A stretch of DNA of 64,000 nt from Hormiphora californensis (taxonomy: Eukaryota > Animalia > Ctenophora). A program made the position numbers and the translations under genes. The notes under the pieces are model-generated. The model had not been told where the DNA came from, did no database searches, and saw nothing but the letters and a program-made list of their open reading frames with translations. The stretch spans positions 2,294,001 through 2,358,000 of the forward strand of contig CM035360.1 of NCBI GenBank assembly GCA_020137815.1. Direction: 5' to 3'. Numbering within the stretch: the first letter of the stretch is position 1; the number at the start of each line of letters is the position of its first letter. Positions 1-12,217 of this stretch are shown piece after piece.

Positions 1-495
1 GGGGGAGGTAAATAGATTTTGTTAGGCATTGCCTGGGTGGGGGTGTTTTCCCACCGGGGTGGAGGTATTTTCCACCGGAATATTGAAATGTAATTAAGTA
101 TGGCCATGGCCCTGTTCAATGTTTGTAAGTGAATGCATGTAATTGTATTGAGTGCAGTGAATTAATAAGTGAATACAGGTAGTTGTATGGTGTGCAGTGA
201 ATAACTAGCGAACAGGGCACCTGGGAAATTGTAGGGGAAGTGTGTCATACAGGTACCCAGGAGAGATCCGCTGGGATCTGCTCTTCCTTTTGGCGTTCTT
301 TCTTGGGTATTTGAGCAGTGTATGCTACCTTTTCCTTTGATTTTACCAGAAGACTCCCCCATGAATATATAGGATATATAATATGTATTATGTAAGTATG
401 ATCTGATATGATGTGTTATTATTGGTGAATGTAAATGAATGTACTGTTAGTGGTGATAGTCCGCTTGTAGTGGAGATAGTGGAGATAGTCCACTA

Positions 496-634
496 AACTC
501 AATGTACTTATTGTGGATAATTCCACCGATAACTCAATGTACTGTTAGTGGATAATTCCACCGATAACTCAATGTACTGATAGTGGATATTCCACTGATA
601 ACTCAATGTACTGGTAGTGGCTGATATTCCACTA
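496..634. repeat. Minisatellite of ~31-33 bp (ACTCAATGTACTG.TAGTGGATA.TTCCAC.GATA), about 4 copies
   Basis: Direct tandem repeats visible in the sequence. Confidence 0.8.
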
Positions 635-638
635 TTAT

Positions 639-748
639 AGTCGGACCCAAATTTACCGGGCCCCGATTTACCGGAACCCCAATTTACCGGGAGGGTAAAC
701 TTCCCCCAAAATAGGAAATTTACGGTATTTGACCCCGATTTACCGGGC
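639..748. mobile_element. Partial copy of the CAGTCGGACCCCGATTTACCGG MITE family
   Basis: Same GACCCC(G/A)ATTTACCGG subrepeats as the copies at 18706, 37748, 42810, 46253, 48455 and 61600. Confidence 0.7.
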
Positions 749-2773
749 AATGCAGTACTGGGAATATGAACCAGTTTTATAAGTTTGAATGCATAGCAGC
801 ATTATCAAGTGTGATGTGTTTAATTTAAGCAAGACCTCTGACCTATCTTGCTGATTTATTATGGAATGACAAGCTTAGCTTCTAAGCTGGTATGCTCAAT
901 CTGTGCAGGGATGAACCCTACACAAGCAGGCAGGCGAATTATGCTCAAACACGAGTAGTTTATGGGGAATGGGGAATGGACCCCCATTGTGAGAATCAAA
1001 ATGGGGTCTGGCGCCGCCAGACAGGAACCCATGGGTATTGAAGAAGACCGATACAATATGTTGAGTAATTGTGGCGAGTAATCGTGCTCAAATGAGAGCA
1101 GTTTATAGCTAATGGGTAATGAACCCACATTGTGAAATGTGATGAGAATTTATGCTCAAATAAGAGTAGTTTATGCAGCCAATAGAACCATCCGTTGTGT
1201 ACCTGGATCCACACTCAAAGTGGAATATATCGGTCAATACATAATCGATGGTATTGTTTTGTGTACAGTTCAAGACTGTAATTAGAGCACATAATAGTCT
1301 AGATTCTATGCGGTGAATCAACAGCTCGTGTCTGGGCGGTAGTATTGAAATTAACTACTGGGCGATCATTGATCGACAGTTGTCCGGCCAAGTGGCCACG
1401 GTTTTGAAGAAATGAGAATAGGGTCAGGCCAAAGTTCTGACAGATTAGTGACATAATATGGGGAAATTATACTCCATGTGAATGGAGTTGAAACTACCAA
1501 GCTAGATTGGTAATGATTGGACCGAGAAAATGAACTCTCGAACAGGCGTTAATTATTTTTACAAACTTCCTTGGGGAGAGGGGTGGATGCGGGGTCACTA
1601 TTATGTGCCCCCTAGCCTGTCATATATCCAACAGGAGTGGAACTACCGAAATGGTTTTGGTAATGGTTGGGCCGAGAAAATGGATACTCGGGCAGAAGCT
1701 ATTTCTCTTTGGAAACTTCCTTGGAGAGAGAGGTGGATGCGGGGTCACTGGATATGTGCCCCCTATGATAGTTAATAGTATGTTATAGATTCAGGGTTTT
1801 AGTTATCACTTGAAGTGATGTGATATATATAAAACCCCTGGTTGTATTTATGTGAATGGGCAAATCACCATGGCTCATATTAAGGTAGGGGATAGCACGC
1901 CCCATAGTTGTAACAGTATGTTCGGACATGCTCCGAGTTTGGTAATTCGGTTAAGGACCACCGATAACGGTTTTTGCAGAGGAGCTCCACAAGCCGATGT
2001 GGTTTATTTCACTTTATTAAGAGTTCCAGATTTCGGAGATAATGAGACTGTTCTGGCCCATGCAAATAACCTATATCAAGAAGAAGAATTGGAGAGATTA
2101 TACGGAGCAAGTTTCCTTCACCGCACACCTGCACTGATAGTGATAAGCAGAGACAGCCTCTACGAAGAAGAAGAAGAAGAAGATAGTGATAAGCCGATAA
2201 GGGACCACGACGCCAAGTTGACGGAGTTGCAAGCCCCTGCTCACGTTTTGATAACGCCATTCTGCGACGTATAAATAGCGGCCAGGAGGAACCCGGAGTG
2301 TCTCAGAATTACAATACAAAAATTACTTACCACTTTGGTATATCTTGTGTTTTGATAGTACCTTTCTAGAACAAAACCTGAGACCATCACCACTCACCCT
2401 CACTTCACACTATCTAATACACTCACACCACACTGGTATACTGTATAGTATTTAGTTGGAAGCATGTCGAATGGAAACAATACCTTTGACCAAAACGGTG
2501 TAGTCGGGGACGGCAGGGACCCCACATAGAGATTACTATGCAACCTTTCCATCGCAACCGGTCCGATGCGGTCATGTATTAAATGCGACATTTATGCTAA
2601 AAAAGCACTTGTCAGCGCTGGTTTTACACGTAAAAACGCGCAACGAGGTTGGATTTTGGTCAAAATTGAGCCTCTACTGCGCGTTTTCTATCAAATTCAC
2701 TAGATCTCGCGAGCCTATCGGACATGACCACATAGTGAGTTGCACTGTGAACTGTGAAGTGCACACGTGTGGT

Positions 2774-2915
2774 CTGTCTGGCGCCGCGACCCATCTGAGC
2801 GCACTGAGATTTGAGAATCAAATGGGGTATGGCGCCGCCATACAGCGTGTGGTCTGTCTGGCGGCGCCAGACCCCAATTTGACAGTGCGCTCAGATGGGT
2901 CGCGGCGCCAGACAG
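2774..2915. mobile_element. Two tiny MITEs (2774-2845 and 2854-2915, opposite orientation), TIR CTGTCTGGCG, 8-bp TSD CGTGTGGT
   Basis: CGTGTGGT at 2766-2773, 2846-2853 and 2916-2923. Family copies near 990-1024, 11275-11388, 19581-19651, 35338-35398 and 61397-61465. Confidence 0.85.
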
Positions 2916-3344
2916 CGTGTGGTTAGGTTGCATTGGTGAGGGTGAATGCTTTACTTTACGCAGAGGGGCGCAAATACTTGCCATGCTACGCAGTCTGTCC
3001 ATTCGGGCTCGTGTAAGTACTAAGCTCACACTAGTAGTAGTCACCGGGTCTTGGCTTCAGCCAACAGACTGGGAAATTGAAAATGTCAAGCACAGTCAAG
3101 TACCGACGTGACCATTGGTATTTGTTGCTATGCTACGTATTACGGCACTATGTAGTCTTTATTTAGAGCGATGAATCGTCTCGTAGTTGTGAAGCGATCA
3201 CTCTCCTCGATGACGTCTTCACTAGAAGACATTTGCAATTTAACGGAAGGCGCTGTAACGCCTGCACTTACTTGCATCTTCCCGCCGCGCGCGCGTCGCA
3301 GTTTTGGATCTTTTTATTAATTTTCAACACTACTTTTCAACACT

Positions 3345-3379
3345 ACTTTTCAACACTACTTTAAACAAATTAATTTGAG
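3345..3379 (+). other. Spliced-leader-like sequence ACTTTTCAACACTACTTTAAACAAATTAATTTGAG at the 5' end of the CRE element, preceded by two extra 13-nt TTTTCAACACTAC repeats (3321-3346)
   Basis: Resembles the ctenophore SL exon as recalled from memory (needs verification). Ends in AG and is not followed by a GT donor. Confidence 0.7.
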
Positions 3380-3433
3380 ATTTCGCCTCAGGATGTAGAG
3401 CCAGCCCAGGAGGGGCAGTCCGGGCACGTTGGT

Positions 3434-6400
3434 ATGACAGGACGCACGAAGCGGCAAACGTCCAAGCGCAAGAAGACTCCAGCGCCATCCAACCAGTCCA
3501 TCGCTCCTCCTCCCCCATCCCGTTCTTCCGCCAACCTTCCATCCTCCTGCCCTTCTTCTTCAACCCACTCCATATCAGTGAATTTTGATGAATCCTCTGA
3601 ACTTTGTGTTTCATGCAGTAATTACAATGACTCCAACGAACCCAAGCGCTCACTCAATGGAGTGGTTCATTGGATTCAATGTACTAATTGTGACGGGTGG
3701 TACCACCACAGATGTGCAGGACTGTCCCCAGATGAGTACCACAAGGTTACCTCAGATGAGGATGCTCCATGGCACTGCCACAACTGTTCAGAAATTCCAG
3801 ACTTCCCCCCTATGCCCCACCGGCCCTACTCCTGGGGTGAACACTCAGAACTAACCCTCCCCCAGACTCTGTATGAAATTCATTGTACTGTTGCAAGTTG
3901 GAAACCAAATCTCTTTAAAAAACTACCAGCAGGTGCAGCCGGAAAGGCCTTCATTAGCGAAGCAACCCGTCTGATTAACGGTTGGACAAACTCTTCACCC
4001 CTGGAGCCATTTGCCATCACAGCGCTCCACCTGATGGGAGCCCTGCTCCTTCAGAAACCAGGCAAACGATCCAAGCCCTCTGAAGAATGTGAGGCCCTGA
4101 GGAGAAGGCTACAACTGTGGAGAGAGGGAGACTTCGATAGCCTAGTCAGGGAGTGCAAAGCTATTCAATCCAAAATCCCCATGAGTAGCAACCATCAGAA
4201 CTCCCGGAAGAGCTTCTCTCGACTCATGTTGAACGGTAAAGTTGCAGCGGCCCTCCGTGTGCTGAACACCTCTCCGTCTGCACCACTCCCACCCTCTCCT
4301 GAAGTGATTGAGGGGCTCCGTGCCAAACACCCCCCTGCCCAGCCACTCAACCGAGACCTTTTAGTCTCCCACCTGCCAGCTCCCAGTGTTGAACCAGCAC
4401 TGTTTGACAGCATTGACACTGAATCAATCAGGAGATCAGCTGCCACAACCAAGGGAGGGGCAGGTCCCAGTGGAATGACCGATGCACTGTGGGCGAGAAT
4501 GTTGTGTAGTAGAACTTTCCACCTCGAATCTGATGCCCTGGCCCATGCTTTGGCAAGAATGACTCGTCGCCTCTGCACTTCTTTCATCAACCCACACACC
4601 ATCTCTGCCTTGGTCTCATGTCGATTGATCGCCCTGAACAAGAATCCGGGTATCCGCCCCATCGGCATCGGGGAAATACTCCGGCGTATCATTGGGCGTA
4701 CTGTTGTCTGCCATCTACACAGCGACATCATTGAAGCAGCCGGTCCACTGCAGCTTGCCTCCGGTCTTCAGGGTGGAATTGAGGCTGCTGTCCACAGCAT
4801 GTCTAGCATGTTTGATGATGATGGCTCTGAGGGAGTGCTCTTAGCGGATGCAACCAACGCCTTTAATGTGCTTAATCGGGCAACCGCTCTCGTCAATCTC
4901 CGCTATCTTTGCCCCCCGCTCGCCACCTTCACGATCAACATCTACCGATCCCCCGCCAAACTTTTCCTACAGAACGGCACTTTCATTCTGAGTAGTGAAG
5001 GCACCACTCAGGGTTGCAACCTTGCATCTCCCTGGTACTGCATCAGCCTGAATCCTCTCATCTCAGCCCTTTCCGAGGCAGACTGTGCACAGATCTTCTT
5101 TGCCGATGACGGTGCATCTGTTGGGAAACTCTTGGCTATGCGGAAGTGGTGGGACATTCTGTGCGAAGTTGGCCCAGGATTAGGCTACTTCCCCAATGGA
5201 AAGAAGTCTGTGCTGATCGTCAAACCTGGGCTTGAGAACACTGCCAGCTCTATTTTCAAGGACACAGGTGTGCATATTACATCAGAGGGACAAAGATATC
5301 TCGGAGCTCCCCTAGGTACCGACGAGTTTAAGAAACAGTACGTCAGTCAACAGGTTGAGACGTGGGCCCAAGAGCTTACAGACTTATCTGATTTTTCAAC
5401 ATCTGAGCCCCATCCATCATTCTCTGCTTACATCATGGGACTCTCCAAACGGTGGTTGTTTATTATGAGAACTACCAAGGACATCTCTGATCTCTTCCAG
5501 CCACTGGAAGACATCATATCATCCACTTTCATCCCAAAAACAATCAGCAACCAACTGACCCCAAACAATCGGAAACTTCTGTCACTCCCTGCCCGCCATG
5601 GGGGCCTTGGAATCTTCAACCCCGTCGAGATCGCGGATTTCGAATACGCCAGTTCTGCAGCGGCTACTGCACCTCTCTCCAAAATCATAACGAACAGAAA
5701 ACACAATTTGATCCAGAGAGTTTGCACTTGCTTAAGCGGGAGCTGGAGTCTGCAAAATCCGAGATGTTGACCACCAAACGGCTGAACCAGACCAAGGCTG
5801 AAGAACTTGTGAGAGAGGCACTACCACCCAACGAACAGCGTTTCCACCAAGAGAGAACACGGCGAGGGTCTTCCATATGGGTAACATCTCTCCCCCTCAA
5901 GGAACATAGGTTCAATCTGAACAAACAGGAGTTCTGGGACTCCATGTCCCTCCGCTACTGCTTGGAACTTGAGGGTAGACCACCAAATTGTCCGTGTGGA
6001 AAACCTAACACCACTGAACACAGCCTCTCTTGTCATCTTGGCGGTTACGTACAGCTCCGACACAATGAGATCCGGGACCTTACTGCAAACTTGTTGAAAG
6101 AGGCCGGATGCCGTGATGTTTCAAGAGAACCCCATCTTCTCCCAATCACTGGCGAAACGTTCCGGCTAAAGTCCGCGAACACTGCAAATGATGCTCGCCT
6201 CGATGTTGCTGCCAGGGACTTTTGGCTTCCTATGGACAAAATTTACACGGATGTTCGTATCTTTAATCCATTGGCACCCACCAACAGTGCCATCCCGCTC
6301 GACACAGCTCTGAAACGGCACGAGGACGAGAAAAAAACGGTGCTATAACGAACGGGTCCTTGAGGTCGAGCAGAGCTGTTTTTGCCCTCTTGTGTTTTCA

Positions 6401-6664
6401 ATAACTGGTGCCCTGGGCAACGAGGCAGAAAAATTCTACAGGCGCCTAGCAAAGCTGCTTGCTGACAAAACCAAACAGGCTTATCCTGATACCATCCGTT
6501 ATATCAGGCAGCGATTGTCCTTCACCCTGCTCAGAACAACTGTGATCAGTTTAAGGGGCCATAGAGGCAATAAGTTTACCAAAACAATACAATACAAGAG
6601 CGAACTCAATGACATTAACTTATTATATAATACTTTTAATTCTACCAAATTTAATCAATTTTAA
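3434..6664 (+). CDS. CRE polyprotein: PHD finger, reverse transcriptase, CCHC knuckle and PD-(D/E)xK endonuclease; two 1-bp frameshifts (~5690 and ~6335)
   Basis: PHD: CVSC...WIQCTNCDGWYHHRC...WHCHNC. RT: GIRPIGIGEILRR, LLADATNAFN, GTTQG, FFADDG, YLGAPLG. Knuckle and endonuclease: CPCG..EHSLSC, RHNEIRD, RLDV...TDVRIFNP...HEDEKK. Confidence 0.9.
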
Positions 6665-6832
6665 TCAATGCAGTAATTTATTAATCTTCTCCCCCATGGG
6701 AGACCGGTATTTTCATATTGATATTGTTATCTAATACCATTTTAACCCCCTTTTAGAAAAAAATCTTTTTATTAATTTTTCGAGAAAGAAAATTTTCAAA
6801 ATCAAAAATCAAAATTGCTTCCCGAAAGTTTA

Positions 6833-7077
6833 CTGAACTTTTTTAGGGATTCCTCGGGGTTTGACCGGTGACCCGCATATTGTAAGAGCTGTTCTGGGCT
6901 ATGATTGGTCACAAAAGGTCAGGCCGTGCTCGAAATGTTCTGAAAAAGCTGAAAATCACTTCAACGCCGACGTGGAAAATTGAAAACAACGGCATCCGCC
7001 TTTACAAGTTACAACGGCAACCGTAATTTTGGATATGAACACTAAACGGTCTAATAGGGATCCCTAAAAAAGTTCAG
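6833..7077. mobile_element. MITE with TIR CTGAACTTTTTTAGGGAT, flanked by TA
   Basis: Terminal inverted repeats with TA on both sides (Tc1/mariner-like). Confidence 0.75.
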
Positions 7078-7934
7078 TATCTACACAGCGTTTACACCAG
7101 TTAAGCCATTACGGTTTCGGGTTTTCCAACGGTAGCGTGATCCCTATCGATAACCACAAGGCCGTTTTCTAAACAATATAATTCGATCGTAAAAACTAAA
7201 ACTTGTAAACTTGTAAAACTAGTTTTTTGATAAAATTGTAACAAAACCGTCCCTAGCCAGAATGTATTGTATGCAATGGCTCCTCCCTCTACTCTTCATA
7301 CCTAAACCGATATCTCCCATCCTTCTACAGAACCACCTGAACTCTCCTCGCTCTTTGCCTAACAGACTTCCTTCCTCGCTAGACGACCCTGTGCACTCTG
7401 TTCAGTTGTTTTCATAGTCGCCGCTGGACTGTTGTGTTATTCAGGGATAGGGAACTGTATGATATGTTGACCACATTTCAAAGTAGGATATTACTGGTTC
7501 TTTGTACAGGGGAGATGTAACGATGGGTGGGGAGCAATGAACAGCAGGGGGAATACTTATTTATTTGTTTGCTGTACATGTTTGTGAAGGAGTGTGCCAA
7601 ACGAGAAGGGGAGATAAAGATAAAGACTCTTCCGGTGGGGTCGAGCGCTAAAAACATAATAAAAAACTAGAGGTCCGTGATCTTGGAAGTTTTTAATTTT
7701 GTAAATAGTAATTTTGAAGATATGTGCACGTGTATAATGTGCACGTGTGTTGTGCGTTTTATCTCAAGGTTCAATAATTATCTCATGTTTTTCTTAAACC
7801 AGACATTACCCAAACACATTTGCTCACAAAATTGAGTGTTATTTATAATCGAATCAATAACAAAATCAGTAATCCCCCTTCTACCAAAGTTCAACTCTTA
7901 TACAAGTATATATTCTGCTTTAGTTCTCCAAGCT

Positions 7935-9019
7935 ATGCCAAAGTACTACTGTGACTACTGCGATACATACCTGACTCACGATTCACCATCAGTCAGAAAA
8001 ACCCATAACGGAGGAAGGAAACACAAGTAAGTTTGTCATCAATACAGTGCAAGTGTCTCACCTTGTCGGCCCTGTTTTTTATGGAAATTGGAAGGTCTGT
8101 TTGGGGGGGGGGGGATATCGTGTTTTTATGGAGGGTGGTGCATATAGTGGTGGGAGATGGGAATGTGTAATAAATTAGAAAATAAATCTCATCAGATTAA
8201 TTCTATTTCAGAGAGAATGTACGTATCTACTACACAAAATGGATGGAGGATCAGGCCCAATCCCTGATCGACCAGACCACTGCACATATGAAGATGCCAG
8301 CCCCAGGAATGGGACCTCCTCCTGGAATGATGGGTGGCCCCCCAATGATGGGAGGGATGATGCCAGTTATGATGGCACGGGGTCCTCCTGGCATGCCGGG
8401 CATGAACCCAATGATGAGAGGTGGAATCATGGGTAGGTTAATTAGTAATTAATAATTAGCACTTAATTAGCAACATCTCACATGATCAGTTGTTAATTAG
8501 TGGCACTAATCATATCATTACTAATTTAGTGGTTATAAAAGTCATTTCCGTTACATTAAATATATCAAATTATTGTATCTCTCAATAAACTAATGATCAT
8601 GTAGTACACAGTGACATCATGTAATTACCTATTTTTTTCACTCTCTAGCTCTCTATCTCTCTCTCTCTCTCTTTATACCTGGCTCTCTTTCCTCCTGTTT
8701 CCCTGCCACTCACTACCCAGTACAGCTACCAGTACAGCTCCCGTAGACACGTATAACTATAACAATATGTTGTACATTCTGTAATGGTTCACTGCTACTC
8801 TCACACCCAATGCAGCGCTTCAAGCCCTATTATATTATGTAACTCAGTTCAACTAACATACCTCCATATATATACCCAACTCTATATCTAACTCTATATC
8901 TAACTAACATACCTCCATCAGGTGGTGGACCCTATGGACCCCCTCCCATGCAGATGGGAATGAGGATACCCCGTCCTCCAATGGGTGGTATGATGGGCGG
9001 TCCTAATGGCCCCATGTGA
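7935..9019 (+). CDS. SNRPC: U1 small nuclear ribonucleoprotein C; exons 7935-8026, 8212-8432, 8922-9019
   Basis: [51 protein letters not shown] (U1-type zinc finger) followed by a Pro/Met/Gly tail; GT-AG introns keep the frame. Confidence 0.97.
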
Positions 9020-10121
9020 GAGAGAGATCTCAACAATTAGGACTCAGAGCCAATCAGAGCAAAGAACCACGGTCACGTGATAAGAGAGAGGGAGAGAGAG
9101 AGGGGGAGAGAGAGGGAGAGAGAAAGAGGGGAGAGAGAGAGAGAGGGAGAGAGTTAGAGAGAGAAAGAGAGGGAGGTTAGAGAGATATGGGACCAGGTGT
9201 TCAGCTGCAATGGTATAAGAGGAGGAAGAGGGCGTGGAGGGGGCTACTACACTTGACACGTCTTAGTGTGTGTGACATTGTATGTGGTTTTATTGGGAGC
9301 GATATATCTGACTGTTATTGTGACATATCCTCTACAACATATTTATACTTTTTATCACACTCAGTTATTAGTACTTTGTATTGTCGTATCCACCATCAAT
9401 AATTGCCCCCTGTTCTCCAGTTCAATAATTGCCCCATCCCTTTATTCATTGTCCCTTTCTTTACTGGCGACTGCTATTTACACAATATACCTCTACACTT
9501 GACTTTTTTTTCTTTTTTTTTTTCACCTCCACGTGGCTATTTCTCAATCCATGGGGCAGTCCGACTATTGGATGCCGCCAAGCAATGATAATAGCTCTCA
9601 ATACGGTCCCTTGCTTGACCTCGATGCCTTGCACCGACACTGTCCGACTCACCCAATCAACGAGTGTGTGCTAACAATCTCGATAGCACGCAGAGCAGTT
9701 TTGTCAAACAAAGTTATAGACATGATTTCGGACGCAACCCTGACAGCGCTGGCTAGCACATATCTACACTTGACTTCTGGCAGTGAAGTTTATATTTTCC
9801 GTTCGCCTCAATTCTCGTCTTGTGTTTCCTCGATGTAACGAACCCTCTCAGAGTGAGTGAGCTGTGAGCCACACAAGTGTTTTCTAAGCAATCCACCTAA
9901 TAACTTCACCTAATACCCAGTTCCCCTGTGTTTCCTAAACAATTCACTTTCCCTGTTTTAGCTCCACCCCCCCCCCCCATAATCCCCTAATAAGATCCCC
10001 TTGTTTTAGCTCCATTTTTTCCCAACCATTTAACCCAACTTCCCCTGTTTTAGCACTCCATGCCCCCCCCCCCCCCCATAATCCCCTATAATAACATCCC
10101 TGATCCCCTTATTTTAGCTCC

Positions 10122-11096
10122 ATGTCGCGGAATGATTTCTGCCCGCCCAAACTACACTCCTACACCCTAACAACAACAAGCTCAAAAGATGAGGTAGACG
10201 AAGATCCTGCCCCAACATTATTAGAACTACAACGTCGCGAGAGGTCTTCTGCGGTTATCAGCCAACCCTCCAAGGCGGAGGCCATCAGAACACTGAGTGA
10301 GAGCGAGAATTGGAGTACTGAGAAACATAAAAAGAGGGAAATTAAGTGGTTGTGTAGGTTCGATACACGTGTAGTGGATATTATCACTTGGAAGAGCACT
10401 ATAAAATCCCTCCTGATCTATCTATGGATTGTGATATCGTTACTGATACTCCGTAACCACTCCCTCCTCTACCTCACATCCCTCTCTCTACTCTGCCTCC
10501 TAATTGTGAACTGCTTCTTTGTGGGTGGGAGTTTCGTTCTCCAAGCGGCGCTACACGGTCAGGCAACACACCCATTTTATACCACCCTAGCACAACCCAC
10601 CATAACATTATCGAACGAGACTAAAACTGCTATAACTCAAATTATAATGAGTGTGTTAGATGGTGCAATTGATTTTACTACCCGAGTTGTTCTCGTCCAG
10701 GATATTGGAATAACTTTGCGGGCGTGCGGTGTCCTCTGGGTGATTTGGGCTTACATTAGCGATACTTATCTTGTCCTCACCGTCATTGTGACCGCTATAT
10801 TCGCTGGAGTTCCTCTATACACCCAATTCAGTGAAACCCTTCACAAAGTGGTTGAGGTATTTGAGGAGGATGGGGTTAGTGGAGTCATCACTTCCACTTT
10901 TGTGGAGGATAAGGGTTGTGATGATAATGACGTCACTGGTGGTTCTTGTTCTGACGTCACGACCCCCACACGTGACGTCATTTCAGCGATCCTGTTTGGG
11001 CTGGTGATTGTGGTAGTTGTGAAGTGGTGCAATGGTGATGATGTTAACTTGATTTTTGATGTTGCTACGTTTATTAAACAATCAATTTTAACATGA
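10122..11096 (+). CDS. Reticulon-homology-domain membrane protein (324 aa)
   Basis: VVDIITWK..KS, hydrophobic hairpin, QA....HPF, RVVLVQD, second hairpin and VPLY follow the RHD pattern. Confidence 0.8.
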   Translation: MSRNDFCPPKLHSYTLTTTSSKDEVDEDPAPTLLELQRRERSSAVISQPSKAEAIRTLSESENWSTEKHKKREIKWLCRFDTRVVDIITWKSTIKSLLIYLWIVISLLILRNHSLLYLTSLSLLCLLIVNCFFVGGSFVLQAALHGQATHPFYTTLAQPTITLSNETKTAITQIIMSVLDGAIDFTTRVVLVQDIGITLRACGVLWVIWAYISDTYLVLTVIVTAIFAGVPLYTQFSETLHKVVEVFEEDGVSGVITSTFVEDKGCDDNDVTGGSCSDVTTPTRDVISAILFGLVIVVVVKWCNGDDVNLIFDVATFIKQSILT

Positions 11097-12217
11097 TGAT
11101 GAAGTACTCTAAATGTTGTGTTTTACATTCTATAAAAAGTGGTGATTGAAAAGTGAGAAAACAATGTTTTCAAAACATGCTGTCAGCGCAGTTGAGCGTG
11201 TTTCTGAAATTGGATTCGTTATTGGGAATCCATCCAGCTATCGGGAGCTATCTGATGGTGTAACTGTGAGAAGGCTGTCTGGCGGGGCCAGACCCCGATT
11301 TGATTCTCAGTGCGCTCAGATGGGGTCTGTGGCGCCAGACTCCGATTTGATTCTGAGTGCGCCCAGATGGGGTCCATGGCGCCAGAAAGTGAGTAGGCAA
11401 GTAGTAATCCCAATCTAGGGAAGTTTATCTAAGATATTTTTCAGGGAAACTATAGAAAGAGAAATTTTATAGATGGAAAGGCGTGACATTATAGCACAAT
11501 ACGCATTTTATCGATCGCATTAGAGTTTATTGAGTGTACTGTGTATGTAGTATAATAGATGAAAGAGATTACCCTAATTTTATCTTAATTGATTTTAAAA
11601 TAGATATAACAATGTAGGTACTAGGTAGTGCTGCATGAATGACCAAAGAAGTTTTCTACGTAGAAAGAGAAAAACGAATTTTCTATTGTCCATGCCCTTT
11701 TTTATACATCCGAGACGAAAGATTTTTCTATCCATTTACAAGCATGATTTGTGTACAGTGTGTGTAAATATAATTAATTATTTCTTGTCGAATCATGCTC
11801 CCATATCACACATCACATCGCCCTGGGTACGACCCTGATCACACACATCCATCTGTTGAACTGTCTCCTTGTGAGTTAAAAACGAACGGTTCAACCACCT
11901 GCACCATCATGTTCATTAGTTACTAATTAGGCCCATTAATTGTAACACGTTAGACAGTTAAGAGTTAATTGAGTTTGGGTTAATTGCGTTGGAGTTAATT
12001 GAGTTAATTTAGATAATTGAGCTGAAATCTTTATTAGGATACAATTAGTGTGTTGTGTGGCTGTGTTTACAGTGTATTCTTGCTGATTTCTCTTTTGCTG
12101 TGTGTATAATTGATTCATTTTAAATAGTTGTGTTTTATCTTACAACCATCTCTATATTCCCTAGCCTAAAACCCATCCCTCCCCTAAAAACCACCCCTCC
12201 CTCTCCGCTTTAGCAAT

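Larger units (their letters stand above)
3325..6762 (+). mobile_element. Full-length CRE-clade non-LTR retrotransposon (restriction-like endonuclease type)
   Basis: 17-bp TSD ATCTTTTTATTAATTTT at 3308-3324 and 6763-6779; short A tail at 6757-6763; single polyprotein with RT and RLE. Confidence 0.92.

Noticed and set aside
250-1330. Possible minus-strand exons (250-360, 840-925, 1203-1330) and an ATGCAA|GTAAGT at 3277
   Set aside because: Could not assemble a consistent reading frame or recognise a product.
3321-3420. SL RNA gene
   Set aside because: The leader is not followed by a GT donor, no SL intron or Sm site is evident, and it lies inside the retrotransposon TSDs.
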